NCBI GenBank assembly: GCA_022825745.1
Contig: JAJDWF010000035.1
Span: forward strand, 1 to 59,446
From: Dehalococcoidia bacterium
GTDB lineage: Bacteria > Chloroflexota > Dehalococcoidia > Lucifugimonadales > UBA3495
Length of the DNA: 59,446 nucleotides
Direction of reading: 5' to 3'
Shown: positions 1 to 9,427 of the stretch, one piece after another
Layout of the letters: every line of letters begins with the position of its first letter
Position numbering within the stretch: position 1 is the stretch's first letter
The notes under the pieces: model-generated
What the model saw: the letters and a program-made list of their open reading frames with translations, nothing else
What the model was told of the DNA's origin: nothing
The model's database searches: none
Made by a program: the position numbers and the translations under genes

Positions 1-2
1 AC

Positions 3-80
3 TGCATCCGCGCCAACACCAACGCCACCGCCACAATGATCGGCGAAAGGGCCGCCGATTTCATCAGGTCGGCCCGCTAG
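3..80 (+). CDS. GMC oxidoreductase, C-terminal fragment (gene runs off the window start)
   Basis: Manual translation CIRANTNATATMIGERAADFIRSAR*, matching the GMC C-terminal motif NTNAxxxMIGERAAD. Confidence 0.8.
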   Translation, partial: CIRANTNATATMIGERAADFIRSAR

Positions 81-93
81 CAACGGCAATCGG

Positions 94-690
94 CTATTCG
101 TCCCGCGCCGGCCGGCGGCGGTGCTGGAATATATCCGCCAGCGGTATCTCCAGGCCGGGCAGCAACGGCGTGGTGAGCGTGTCGCCGGCGGTGAGCACGG
201 CCCGCTCCACGTACGCCCCGTCGCGCAGTTCCAGTTGAGTCACCGTATCGTTGCGCGGGTCTATCGGCCAGTATTCCAGAACACCGGCCTCGGCGTAGAT
301 CTGCCGCTTGCGGATAAGGTCTCGATTACGGTCCGTGGACAGTATTTCCACCACGATGTCGGGCGGGGCCTCGACGCGGGCGTGGCTCACGATGTCCCGG
401 CGCTCGTTGAGGATGATGACTATGTCCGGTTCGGGAGCGCGTTGTAGTTCGCAGGACAAGATGGTGGTTATCGCGTGATAGAACTGCGCCGGCGGCTCAA
501 CGAAGCCGTCCATATAGTCGTCGAGATGCCGGCAGAACTCTAGCATTAGAAATTGGTGGTCAGGGCTGCCATGCGTCGTGATATACAGCGCTCCATCGTC
601 GAGTTCCCACTTGCCGTCGGTCTCTCCCAGGGCCAGAAACTCGTCGAGGGACATCCGGGTTCCCGTGCGCAGTTTTTCAGTGGTGGTCAT
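94..690 (-). CDS. Uma2 family (DUF820) PD-(D/E)XK-fold protein
   Basis: WELDDG, PEPDIV, PDIVVEILS, KRQIYAEAGVLEYW and LTTPLLPGLEI motifs. Confidence 0.9.
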   Translation of the reverse strand: MTTTEKLRTGTRMSLDEFLALGETDGKWELDDGALYITTHGSPDHQFLMLEFCRHLDDYMDGFVEPPAQFYHAITTILSCELQRAPEPDIVIILNERRDIVSHARVEAPPDIVVEILSTDRNRDLIRKRQIYAEAGVLEYWPIDPRNDTVTQLELRDGAYVERAVLTAGDTLTTPLLPGLEIPLADIFQHRRRPARDE

Positions 691-724
691 GGTCAACCCC
701 TCTTGCCGGCAGCGATCGATCCGC

Positions 725-2053
725 CTAGTCTGCGGCCGCGCTGACCGCCGGCGTCGGCTGGTAACGGACGGAGTAGCGGCGCTCTCGGATGGTGAACGCG
801 CTCACGGCGGCAGGGTACAGCAGCACGGCGGCGATGGTGAACGCCAGGATGTAGTTGCCGGTCATCTCGCGCAGGTAGCCGGCCAGCAGCACGCTGCTGA
901 ATCCGCCCAGTTGGTGGAACAGGAACGCCACGCCGGATATGGTCGCCAGCGATTTCAGGCCGTACACCTCGGCGGTGAGCGAGGTGGTCAGCGGCGCGGT
1001 GGCGATCCACGACAGTCCGGCGACGAAGGCGAATATGATCAGGCCGGCCATCACCGGAATCTCGGGTACCAGCAGGGACGCCACCAGGATCACATACCCG
1101 GTGCCCCGGCAGAAATACACCGCCGCCAGCCAGTTCTTGCGTCCCCCGATGCGGTCGGAAATCCAGCCCGCGCCGGTGGCGCCCAGTGCGTTCAGGCCCG
1201 ACATCAGGCCGAAAATCAGCGCCGCCGTCTGCGGGTTGATGCCCTCCTCCACTGCCATGGGCACGAAGTGCACCGCCAGCATGAACGTGGTGGACCCGCA
1301 GATGAAGTACGAGAAGCTCATCTGCCAGATGGGGAAGGATTTGAACGCCTGCCGCCAGTTCTCGGCGAACAGCGGCTGCGGGGGCGGCGCGGCGACGCCG
1401 GGAGAACCGGCGGGTCCAGGCGCCGGTTCGGGGTCGCCGTCGGGCGTCAGGCCCTTCTTGGCCGGGTCGTCGTGCAGGAACACGAACGCCAGCGGGATGC
1501 CCAGGCACAGGATCATCAGGCCCAGCACGATCCACGACAGGCGCCAGTCGATGAGGCTGATCAGGTAGGCGGCGAATGGCACGAGGATCAGGCCGCCCAG
1601 GGACATACCCGAAGCGTTCAACCCAATGACCAGCCCGCGCCGGCGGCGGAACCACTTGCTCAGCATCGCGCCGGTGTTGGTCAAAGACGTGCCGCTCTGT
1701 CCAACCGCGGACACCACGCCGAACACCGCGATGAGAAACCAGATGCTGCCGGTGGCGGCCATCAGCAACGTGGACGCTCCCACGACGACAATGCCGGCGA
1801 TGACCACGATGCGGACGCCCACCCGGTCGAACAGGTAGCCCATGAAGGGCTGGGTTACGCCGTTGAGCAGCGCGCCCAGCGCGGCCGCCCAGGACACCAC
1901 GGTGCGGTTCCACTCGAACTCCGCCTCCATGGGCACCACGAACGCGCCGAAAGCGTTGCGCGTCCCCATGGTGAGGAACGCGATAAACATGCAGGTGGCA
2001 ACAACGAACCACCCATAGAACATGCCGGAACGCGCTGGATTGCTGGCCGCCAT
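725..2053 (-). CDS. MFS transporter (OFA/MCT-like)
   Basis: About 12 hydrophobic segments, FYGWFVV start, GYLFDRVGVR motif A, WFRRRRG. Confidence 0.9.
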   Translation of the reverse strand: MAASNPARSGMFYGWFVVATCMFIAFLTMGTRNAFGAFVVPMEAEFEWNRTVVSWAAALGALLNGVTQPFMGYLFDRVGVRIVVIAGIVVVGASTLLMAATGSIWFLIAVFGVVSAVGQSGTSLTNTGAMLSKWFRRRRGLVIGLNASGMSLGGLILVPFAAYLISLIDWRLSWIVLGLMILCLGIPLAFVFLHDDPAKKGLTPDGDPEPAPGPAGSPGVAAPPPQPLFAENWRQAFKSFPIWQMSFSYFICGSTTFMLAVHFVPMAVEEGINPQTAALIFGLMSGLNALGATGAGWISDRIGGRKNWLAAVYFCRGTGYVILVASLLVPEIPVMAGLIIFAFVAGLSWIATAPLTTSLTAEVYGLKSLATISGVAFLFHQLGGFSSVLLAGYLREMTGNYILAFTIAAVLLYPAAVSAFTIRERRYSVRYQPTPAVSAAAD

Positions 2054-2177
2054 AGTGTCTATCCCCCGTGCCCGGAACCCCGAATAAGGCCGATTGTATG
2101 CCCGGCAGTGGCAGGCGTGCAAGTTGAAAGCTTCCTTACCCTATGCTACCGTCAACAAAACAGCGGGAGTCATCGCT

Positions 2178-2543
2178 ATGGGAGTCACCTACGCCAGAGG
2201 CAGCATCGCCGGCAAGTCGGAAAACCGCGAGTACGATTTTCTGGTGGATACCGGCGCAACCTGGGTCGGCATCCCACAGGCTGACATTGACGCTTTGGGG
2301 CTGGATACCGTACCCAACGCCGACGCCGCCCTGCTGACCGCCGACGGCAAAGTCGTGCGCACGCCTATCTACGTCGGCATCGGTATGCTGGAAGGCACGG
2401 GCTTCGTCAACGGCGTCGTCCCGGCGGCGGTCCCTCTGGTCGGCTACAAATTGCTGCAGGATCTGGGATTCAAGGTTGACCTGGTGAACGAGCGTATCGA
2501 GCCGCGCCCGGACGGCGAAATCGGGCCGCCGTTCCTGCTGTGA
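2178..2543 (+). CDS. Clan AA (retropepsin-like) single-domain aspartic protease, AF_0612-like
   Basis: FLVDTGAT catalytic motif and PLVGYKLLQDLG; GGGAG RBS before ATG 2178. Confidence 0.85.
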   Translation: MGVTYARGSIAGKSENREYDFLVDTGATWVGIPQADIDALGLDTVPNADAALLTADGKVVRTPIYVGIGMLEGTGFVNGVVPAAVPLVGYKLLQDLGFKVDLVNERIEPRPDGEIGPPFLL

Positions 2544-2564
2544 CGGACTCGGCGGGAGGCCCGA

Positions 2565-3179
2565 CTACGGTATTTTGCCCTCCCGCTTCAATGCTACCAG
2601 TCGGGCGGTAGCGGCATCGTTCCGCGCCTGTTCCTCTGGCGTCTCCAGTGGGCGTTCGATCCGTTCAAGGAAGGGGTGGTTGAGTTCGTGCCAGAATACC
2701 TGCTCGGCTTGCACCATCTCGTCAAGCCGGTCGCTGATCAGCCGCGCCGCTACCACGGGGCGAGCAGGATATCCAGTTAGCCTACCCAGATGTTCGGCAG
2801 TCCGAATGACAGTTCTGGCGTCCCTCTCTTCTGCCACGTAAGCTATGACCACCGCTAGGTACACGGTATTATCTTTGCGGTCGGTAGTTTCCAGAATCAA
2901 AGGGGTAAGCAGGAAGTTATGCCGCTCAGCCAGAGGTATATCACCTTCCCAAGGCGGCGGGAGCAAAGCGACCTTTTCGCTAGAAGTGAGCGTTCTGGTG
3001 AGGCGCAGACCCATATCGTCGGCGATAAGAAAACCGTCGTCCTTCATTCGCTCCTGCATTGTCAATCTGAGAAACATCCGGTCGCCACCAAATTTGCCCC
3101 GACGTTCCATTTCATCATCGTACATACTGACCTCTGTATCTGACTGATTAGCGGTGTATGCCCAATACGAGTTTAGCAT
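2565..3179 (-). CDS. Hypothetical protein (possibly a degenerate PD-(D/E)XK-like family); start uncertain
   Basis: ORF fills the gap downstream of vsr; C-terminal YLAVVIAY...RLTGYPARPVVAA segment. Confidence 0.5.
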   Translation of the reverse strand: MLNSYWAYTANQSDTEVSMYDDEMERRGKFGGDRMFLRLTMQERMKDDGFLIADDMGLRLTRTLTSSEKVALLPPPWEGDIPLAERHNFLLTPLILETTDRKDNTVYLAVVIAYVAEERDARTVIRTAEHLGRLTGYPARPVVAARLISDRLDEMVQAEQVFWHELNHPFLERIERPLETPEEQARNDAATARLVALKREGKIP

Positions 3180-3199
3180 GGCACTCACCGACAACAGTG

Positions 3200-3625
3200 T
3201 CAGGGGCTGATGCCCTCGCCTTCCAGAAAAGCAACCAGTCGCTCAGCGGTAGCCGGCAAGTCCCGCAGCTGGCACTCCCAAACGGTAAGCACGGCCCAGC
3301 CCTGTTCCTCAAGCGAGACAACGTTGCGAGCGTCGCGGGCGTGGTTGCGACCCAGCTTCGCAATCCAGTATTCCCGGTTGGTGGCGGGGATACGCACTCG
3401 CGGGCAACCGTCGTGGCGATGCCAGAAGCAGCCGTTGACGAATACCACCTTGCACCGCGACGGGAAAACCAAATCGGGCCGACCCGGCAGGTCAGCCCGA
3501 TGCAAACGATACCGATAACCGAGGCCGTGCAACAACCGCCTCACCTGCATCTCCGGCTTCATGCCCTTCGACTTGACCCGCGCCATGATCCGGCTGCGGG
3601 CTTCGGGCGATACGGTGTCAGCCAT
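3200..3625 (-). CDS. vsr: Very short patch repair endonuclease Vsr
   Basis: RSRIMARVKSKGMKPE, LPGRPDLVF, FVNGCFWHRHDGC, TVWECQL; lies next to a C5-MTase. Confidence 0.95.
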   Translation of the reverse strand: MADTVSPEARSRIMARVKSKGMKPEMQVRRLLHGLGYRYRLHRADLPGRPDLVFPSRCKVVFVNGCFWHRHDGCPRVRIPATNREYWIAKLGRNHARDARNVVSLEEQGWAVLTVWECQLRDLPATAERLVAFLEGEGISP

Positions 3626-3638
3626 AGCAGAACGCCCG

Positions 3639-4736
3639 TCAGACCGCCAGCACTCTATGGTTTTGATTCTTAATCACCCGTCGATGGGATAGTTCCGCGT
3701 CTCGATTGTTCCCGTCTTGAATTGATCCGTTGTTGAGTTGCACCGAATCTGGATTGATTCCTACGCCCCGATTGTCGCGGTCGCTTCTCACGACTACATA
3801 GTGGAACACCAACTGGCGCGTACCACTACCGGCATTGTAATCAGCATTTCGAGTGTGTCTTCCGATACGGAAATGCAAGTGTGGATTGCCAGTAACGAAA
3901 ACTGTGGAATTGAAAGTGACCTGAGCAGCTATAGTCTCACCCACGCCGTATGTCTGACCTTGAATTGGACGCGAAACTATTTCTATGCTAACAATGCCGG
4001 GTCCCAATAACGTCAACCAATTGCTTTCATACCCAGCAGACCTTAGGATACTGCCTCGCGCCGCCGGAAACGGCTTTCGAATCTGAAAAGAGCGGGCAGA
4101 ACCGCTGACGTCCCGGTATATCCTAAATTGACTACCGTTGGGTTGCCAAGTGAACATATGTGGGCCAGTTTGACTTCCTAAATGCCCCTCAAGATTGTTT
4201 TCTTGATTGCGTGTCCAAGTGTAATCTGCTGGATCGTATGGAGTTGTTGAAACTTCAAAAATCTTGAACCGAAACTTCGCCATATCACGAATCAATACCA
4301 CAGTCCGCAAATTTGGATATTGATTAGTTGCCTCCGCGACTCGGTCATTCCAAATCTGCAAGACCTGATCTCCGGCAGTCTGAATGTCTGCTAAAGGCGC
4401 ATTGTTGCTGAAAGAATATCCTAGGGCATTCCTACCAGAAATGAGCGGTACGCGGGTTTCGGTTATGGGGTTATTGGAACCTATCGTCTTGGCCGACCAA
4501 GCGGTGCTGCCAAGTACGATATCTGCAATACCCAAAGGACTTTTTCTGTGTATGCCGTTGACTGCGGCAGCGAAAATATCGCCCCAATCATCGCCTGACA
4601 AGTCGCTCCTTCCGACCGCGCTCGAATAAACGATGTTGCTTGCGATCGTCTGAATGACGGTGTCGGGAATCTGGCCCAACGGATACGGCGTAGGGTTGCT
4701 CCATCCGCCGCGCAATCTCGGTCCTTGATAGGCCAT
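3639..4736 (-). CDS. Putative type II restriction endonuclease with C-terminal Ig-like domain
   Basis: Lies between the C5-MTase and vsr, lower GC than flanks, GGAGG RBS before ATG 4736, ADIV...WSAKT PD-(D/E)XK-like motif; last ~115 aa form a beta-rich Ig-like repeat. Confidence 0.65.
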   Translation of the reverse strand: MAYQGPRLRGGWSNPTPYPLGQIPDTVIQTIASNIVYSSAVGRSDLSGDDWGDIFAAAVNGIHRKSPLGIADIVLGSTAWSAKTIGSNNPITETRVPLISGRNALGYSFSNNAPLADIQTAGDQVLQIWNDRVAEATNQYPNLRTVVLIRDMAKFRFKIFEVSTTPYDPADYTWTRNQENNLEGHLGSQTGPHMFTWQPNGSQFRIYRDVSGSARSFQIRKPFPAARGSILRSAGYESNWLTLLGPGIVSIEIVSRPIQGQTYGVGETIAAQVTFNSTVFVTGNPHLHFRIGRHTRNADYNAGSGTRQLVFHYVVVRSDRDNRGVGINPDSVQLNNGSIQDGNNRDAELSHRRVIKNQNHRVLAV

Positions 4737-5643
4737 CTTGCACTTCCTCCAAAACTGCCTGCACCATAGGAACGGGAACGGCGTTGCCGGTCTGCTTGCG
4801 GATTTGCTGATAAGTTCCGGGCAGCTCAAACCGCTCCGGGAATCCTTGCAGCCGCAACATTTCTCGGGGCGTCAATCGCCTTTCGCCGTTAACCAGCAGG
4901 TAATTGTACGACGCTCCGGCGCGCAGGGCGCAGGAAAACGGGTGGCTAGACACGTTGCCGCCCTTGTTTTCGTGCCAGATTGATAGGTCGTAGGGGCTTT
5001 CGTGCTTTGCCAACCGCTTCTGGCGTATCGCGTCGCTGGCCATGTAGGTTGCCGGAACTTCTTTTTCCAAAACCTCCGACAGGGGCTGATAGTGACCCAT
5101 CGGGTCGGGCCACTCAAACGGAACAGAATGGTCGAGGAAACCTACGATGATTGTGCGCTCTCGCTTCTGAGGCAGTCCGAAATCAAGGGCGTTGAGAACT
5201 TTCCAGTCGGCGCGGTAGCCCAATTCGTTCAGAGCGGAGATTATCGCTTGCATCGTCCGGCCCCGGTTGTGGGTGGACAGCTGGCGTACGTTCTCTAAAA
5301 CGAACGCCGCCGGTTGTTTGGCGTCGATAATTTCCGCGACGTCGAAAATGAGGTTGCCACGATCATCGTCGAACCCGCGCATATCACCGATGATGCTGAA
5401 CGGTTGGCACGGGAACCCGGCCAGCAAGACGTCGTGGTCGGGTACGGATTCGGGTGCTATTTCGGTGATGTCGCCGCCTGGCTCCATGCCAAAATTCTGC
5501 TGGTAGGCGCGGCGCGCCTCGGCGTCAATGTCGCAGGCGAAGACGCAAGCCATACCTAAATTAGCAGCGGCTATATGAAAGCCACCAATGCCACAGAACA
5601 AATCCGTGAACGTCAGCGACAGCTTGTTGTCCCTATGGGCCAT
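4588..5643 (-). CDS. DNA (cytosine-5)-methyltransferase
   Basis: Motifs I (DLFCGIGG), IV (GFPCQPFS), VI (ENV), VIII (QKRER), IX (RRLTPRE) and X (GNAV). Confidence 0.97.
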   Translation of the reverse strand: MAHRDNKLSLTFTDLFCGIGGFHIAAANLGMACVFACDIDAEARRAYQQNFGMEPGGDITEIAPESVPDHDVLLAGFPCQPFSIIGDMRGFDDDRGNLIFDVAEIIDAKQPAAFVLENVRQLSTHNRGRTMQAIISALNELGYRADWKVLNALDFGLPQKRERTIIVGFLDHSVPFEWPDPMGHYQPLSEVLEKEVPATYMASDAIRQKRLAKHESPYDLSIWHENKGGNVSSHPFSCALRAGASYNYLLVNGERRLTPREMLRLQGFPERFELPGTYQQIRKQTGNAVPVPMVQAVLEEVQDGLSRTEIARRMEQPYAVSVGPDSRHRHSDDRKQHRLFERGRKERLVRR

Positions 5644-5765
5644 AACCCGTACAAAGCATCTCCATTTTCTGCTCCACAAGGTTATCAGGTTTGTCAAGGG
5701 GTTTTGCAGAAATTTTATGTAATTGCGGTCAAATTATCGCAATTTTCGTAAGCCGCGGACCTTTG

Positions 5766-5805
5766 AAAATAAAAACACCGGGGCAGCCCGTGATCTACCC
5801 CGGCG
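5766..5805 (-). terminator. Rho-independent terminator after the tcuA-like gene
   Basis: Stem CCGGGG(T/C)AG...CT(G/A)CCCCGG followed by TGTTTTTATTTT on the minus strand, 25 nt after the stop. Confidence 0.65.
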
Positions 5806-5830
5806 TCGGCACCCTGCCGTTTATTGTTAC

Positions 5831-7336
5831 CTACACGTCCTTCAACGCCAGCGCGTCCTCCCCGGCGCTGTTGCCGGCCAGGCGGCCGAAGACCATGCCC
5901 GCGCTCAGGCCGCTGCCGCCCGGGTAGTTGTGGTAGAACAGCCCGCCCACCATCTCGCCGGCCGCGTACAGGCCGGGGATGGGGTCCTGGGCGTTGGTCA
6001 CCACCTGGCCCCGGTTGTTGACCTTGACGCCGCCGAAGGTGAACGTGATGCCCGTGGTGACCGCCCAGCCGCGATAGGGCGGCGTGTCGATGGTCTCGGC
6101 CCAGTTGGTCTTGTCCACGGCCAGGCCCTCGGTGCGCCGGCCGTCCTTCACGGTGGCGTTGTAGGGGATGTCCTTGCGGACGGCGGCGTTGTACTCCTCG
6201 ACCGTGCGCGCCAGCCCGACGGGGTCGATGTCCAGCATCCGCGCCAGTTCCTCGATGGAGTTGGCCTCGGCGGTGGTGGCTTGCGGAATCCAGTACTCAT
6301 CGCGGAGCAGGTGCTTCACCTTCTCGTCGAAGACCTGGAAGCACAGGCCCTGGGGCTGGTCCATCAGCGCGCGACCGTAGGTCACGTAGGTGTAGTTGCG
6401 GAAGTCCGCGCCCTCGTCCAGGAACCGCTCGCCGTTGATGTTGACCATGATGCCGAAGGGGTACGAGTGCTTCTGGAACAGCTCGGTTACGGTGCGGTCG
6501 CCAAATGTCGGGGCGTTCATGTCCCAGGCCACGGCGTGGCAGGACGACCAGTGGCCGTATGACTGCGCGCCCACGTCCAGCGCCATCTTGATGCCGTCGC
6601 CGGTGTTGTAGGGGATGCCGCGCACCTTGACGGTCTCCCAGCCGGGGCCCAGGTAGCGGCAGCGCATCTCGGCGTTGGCCTCGAACCCGCCGGCCGCCAG
6701 CACCACGGCGCGGGCCGCGATGTCCTCGAACCCGTTGGGTCCCTTGACCCGCAGGCCGGCGACGTGTCCCCTCTGGTCCTGGATCAGGGATACGCCCTCG
6801 GTGGAGTAGCGGACCTCGACGCCCAGCTGCTCGCACACGTCAAACTGCTGGTCGGACAGGCCCTTGCCGGCTCCGACCGCCTCCACAACCAGGCCGCCCC
6901 AGAAGCGGAACTTGTCGCCGTCGCGGAACGCCTGCCGCCCGAAGGACAGCACGAACCGCACGCCGTGTTCCTGCAACCACTTCATCGTCGGGTACGACTG
7001 GCTGACCAGGATCTCGGCCAGCTCGGGGTCGGACAGGCCGTGCGTCACGCGCATCATGTCGTCGTAAAACTGGTTCTCGGTGTACTGGCCCACCTCGATG
7101 GAGTTGGCCTCGGTCTCCGACATATCGGGAATCAGGCCCTTGATATCGTCCAGGCCGTTGTAGGCGAAGCGGATGATGCCGCCGGTGAAGTAGGTGTTGC
7201 CGCCCCGGAAGTACTCAGGGGCCTTCTCCACCACCAGCACCGATTGGGTCTGCTCGCGGGCGGCGATGGCGGCGGACAGGGCGGCGTTGCCGGCCCCAAC
7301 GATGATTACGTCATAAACAGTGTCATTAGCAGGCAC
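5831..7336 (-). CDS. tcuA: FAD-dependent tricarballylate dehydrogenase TcuA-like flavoprotein
   Basis: VGAGNAA FAD motif, RGGNTYFTGG, HWSSCHAVAWD, GITFTFGG, GGLFYHNYPGGSGL. Confidence 0.8.
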   Translation of the reverse strand: MPANDTVYDVIIVGAGNAALSAAIAAREQTQSVLVVEKAPEYFRGGNTYFTGGIIRFAYNGLDDIKGLIPDMSETEANSIEVGQYTENQFYDDMMRVTHGLSDPELAEILVSQSYPTMKWLQEHGVRFVLSFGRQAFRDGDKFRFWGGLVVEAVGAGKGLSDQQFDVCEQLGVEVRYSTEGVSLIQDQRGHVAGLRVKGPNGFEDIAARAVVLAAGGFEANAEMRCRYLGPGWETVKVRGIPYNTGDGIKMALDVGAQSYGHWSSCHAVAWDMNAPTFGDRTVTELFQKHSYPFGIMVNINGERFLDEGADFRNYTYVTYGRALMDQPQGLCFQVFDEKVKHLLRDEYWIPQATTAEANSIEELARMLDIDPVGLARTVEEYNAAVRKDIPYNATVKDGRRTEGLAVDKTNWAETIDTPPYRGWAVTTGITFTFGGVKVNNRGQVVTNAQDPIPGLYAAGEMVGGLFYHNYPGGSGLSAGMVFGRLAGNSAGEDALALKDV

Positions 7337-7408
7337 AGTGGCACCTCGGCGGCCGGCCGGCTGTGCGCCGGCAGGCGATTTTGCAGCGATGATGATACCA
7401 CAGCGCGC

Positions 7409-9427
7409 CTACACCGCAGTCAGCCACCACCGCGCTTCGCCGGCTCCGCCGCCGCTGACGTTGACCTCCATCCCTTCCAGCAGCCACGCGCCGCCGATGC
7501 CCCGGCTCTCCGCGGCAACCTCCAACACGTCCGACAGCCGGCCTTCCACCACCGCCCGGCGGCTGCCGGCCCCGAGCAAAGGCAGCGTCGCTTCGAGCTG
7601 GGGACGCGGTTGGGAACGCTGCGCCAGCCGCGCCGCCGCCGCACCCCGGGCCGCCGCGTAGTTGTCGGTGTACCGGCAGTTGACCAGCCGGCCGCGTCCG
7701 GTGTCCAGGGGTAGGCCGGCGCCGCCGGATTCGGCACGAACGGCGGTGGAGGTCTGCGTCCGCCAGCAGTGGTTCGCATACAGGTCCAGGCTTTGCAGGT
7801 AGGCCGTATTCTGTCCACTGTTGCGGATGCGCAGCACGTGGCCCCGGCCGGCGATGCCCGACTGCGCCTCGGTGAGCAGCTCGACGGTGAGGTCGTCGGT
7901 AACGTCGTTGCCCATGCCGGCGGCGTCATCCGTCGCGGTGTAATCCACGCCGGCCATGGGCGCAGCGATGTCGTCAATCACGTCCCAGGTGTCCGTGGCC
8001 GCCAGCAATCCGCCGGAGCCGGATTCGCCGCCGCCCGGTATTTCCAGCGCCTCGTTGAGACTCCACACCTGCTGCCGGCCGGCATCCGACGAACGGCGGT
8101 AACGGAAAGTTACCGCGTCCTCCACAACATCCGCCCCGTCGTTCCGCTGGATGGCCGTCGCGTAAGGCCCGTCGCCGTCGGCGGTGTCGGCAATCGTGAA
8201 CCTGGCCAACGACACCGGATTGAGATGGCGGTGAACGTCGGCCCGCCGCGATGCCGCTTCCAGCCGGACGCGACCCAGACCGTCGGCGTAGATCAAGCCG
8301 TGCTCTTCCCGCTGCAACCTACGCAACGCCCGGCCCGCCGACACGTCCCACACCGAGCGCGGCCCTCCCGTCAGCAGCGTCCGCCCATCGTCCAACGCAT
8401 AGTCGCCGGGAACCAGGCCGGCCCAGCCCAGGATCGCCGCCGCCACGTTGCCGGAGCGCATCAGGCCGCCGGCCAGCGCCCGGTGCAAGGGTACGGTGTC
8501 CAGCCGCTGCATCGGGTCGGCGGCGGTGACGCGACACACGCCGGCCTCGTAATCCGGGTTGACGTCGGTGATGCGTCCGCTGAACAGGCTGCGCCCCACG
8601 CCGAATTCGCCCCAACGGTCCTGCGCGTTGCGAAAACCGTGCCACAGGCCGTGCCGGCTCGAGTCCGGCGCATCGGCGATGGCAGTAGCCGACAGGATTT
8701 CCCGCCGCCTCGCGCCCGGTTGGGCCAGTGCGACGGTGTAAACGCGCACGCTGTCCGCGGTCTGCTCAATCTCCAGGTCATACCACGCCCCCGTCTCCAG
8801 CGCGCCGCCGTCGGACAGTCGCGTAACCGTTCGCCCCGACACCCGCTCCAGGATGGTGGCGTCGCTGGCGAACCGCAGGCGCAGGCAGTCGTCCCGGGCG
8901 ACGCACCGCAGCACAAACCCGCCCAGCCCGTTGCTGCCGCGACGGTAGCGCGCCGTCAGCGTCGCCAGCAGGTCGCCCGTATCCAGCAGGGCTACCGCAT
9001 CCGACGGCGGCCAGCCCCTGCCTTGTCCCATCGCCGTTCCGTCCGCCACCACAAAACCGTTGCCGGCGACGCCTGCCACATCCCACTGCTCGCCGCCGTA
9101 CGCCGTTCGGCCATCAAGGTCAACGGACGCCGCACCGCCGGCAGCAAAGTCGTCGTGGATCCGGTTGGCGCGCAGCCACACCGGACGACCCGGCCGCACG
9201 TTGGCGCCCAATGGGCCGCTGCTATTCCCCGGCGTGTACCGATGGTCGTGGTTCCGCAGCGTGATCTCCAGTTCCGCCGGCGGCGCAAACTCCGGCACCG
9301 GCAGCCCGCGCCGGCCCCACCGCCAGCGCAAACCCAGCACGTCGGCGGACACGTCCGAGCCGTCCGCATCCCACGTGCCTGCGTTCGCCCAATCGACCAG
9401 GATTTGCCAGCGAATTCCCGCGATCAT
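7409..9427 (-). CDS. Phage tail/tail-tip-like protein (672 aa)
   Basis: Last gene of the capsid operon, TAATG-coupled to the upstream gene; beta-rich with LEITLRNHDHRYTPGN and LFSGRITDV segments reminiscent of minor tail proteins. Confidence 0.5.
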   Translation of the reverse strand: MIAGIRWQILVDWANAGTWDADGSDVSADVLGLRWRWGRRGLPVPEFAPPAELEITLRNHDHRYTPGNSSGPLGANVRPGRPVWLRANRIHDDFAAGGAASVDLDGRTAYGGEQWDVAGVAGNGFVVADGTAMGQGRGWPPSDAVALLDTGDLLATLTARYRRGSNGLGGFVLRCVARDDCLRLRFASDATILERVSGRTVTRLSDGGALETGAWYDLEIEQTADSVRVYTVALAQPGARRREILSATAIADAPDSSRHGLWHGFRNAQDRWGEFGVGRSLFSGRITDVNPDYEAGVCRVTAADPMQRLDTVPLHRALAGGLMRSGNVAAAILGWAGLVPGDYALDDGRTLLTGGPRSVWDVSAGRALRRLQREEHGLIYADGLGRVRLEAASRRADVHRHLNPVSLARFTIADTADGDGPYATAIQRNDGADVVEDAVTFRYRRSSDAGRQQVWSLNEALEIPGGGESGSGGLLAATDTWDVIDDIAAPMAGVDYTATDDAAGMGNDVTDDLTVELLTEAQSGIAGRGHVLRIRNSGQNTAYLQSLDLYANHCWRTQTSTAVRAESGGAGLPLDTGRGRLVNCRYTDNYAAARGAAAARLAQRSQPRPQLEATLPLLGAGSRRAVVEGRLSDVLEVAAESRGIGGAWLLEGMEVNVSGGGAGEARWWLTAV

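Noticed and set aside
578-2284. Long antisense or alternative-frame ORFs (e.g. 578-2284, 7769-9514, 10176-12092, 15929-17902, 28179-29534, 42037-43785)
   Set aside because: Shadow ORFs typical of high-GC DNA opposite well-supported genes; no recognisable motifs.
4588-5643. Naming the R-M system or its recognition sequence
   Set aside because: Cannot be assigned reliably without a REBASE comparison or methylome data.
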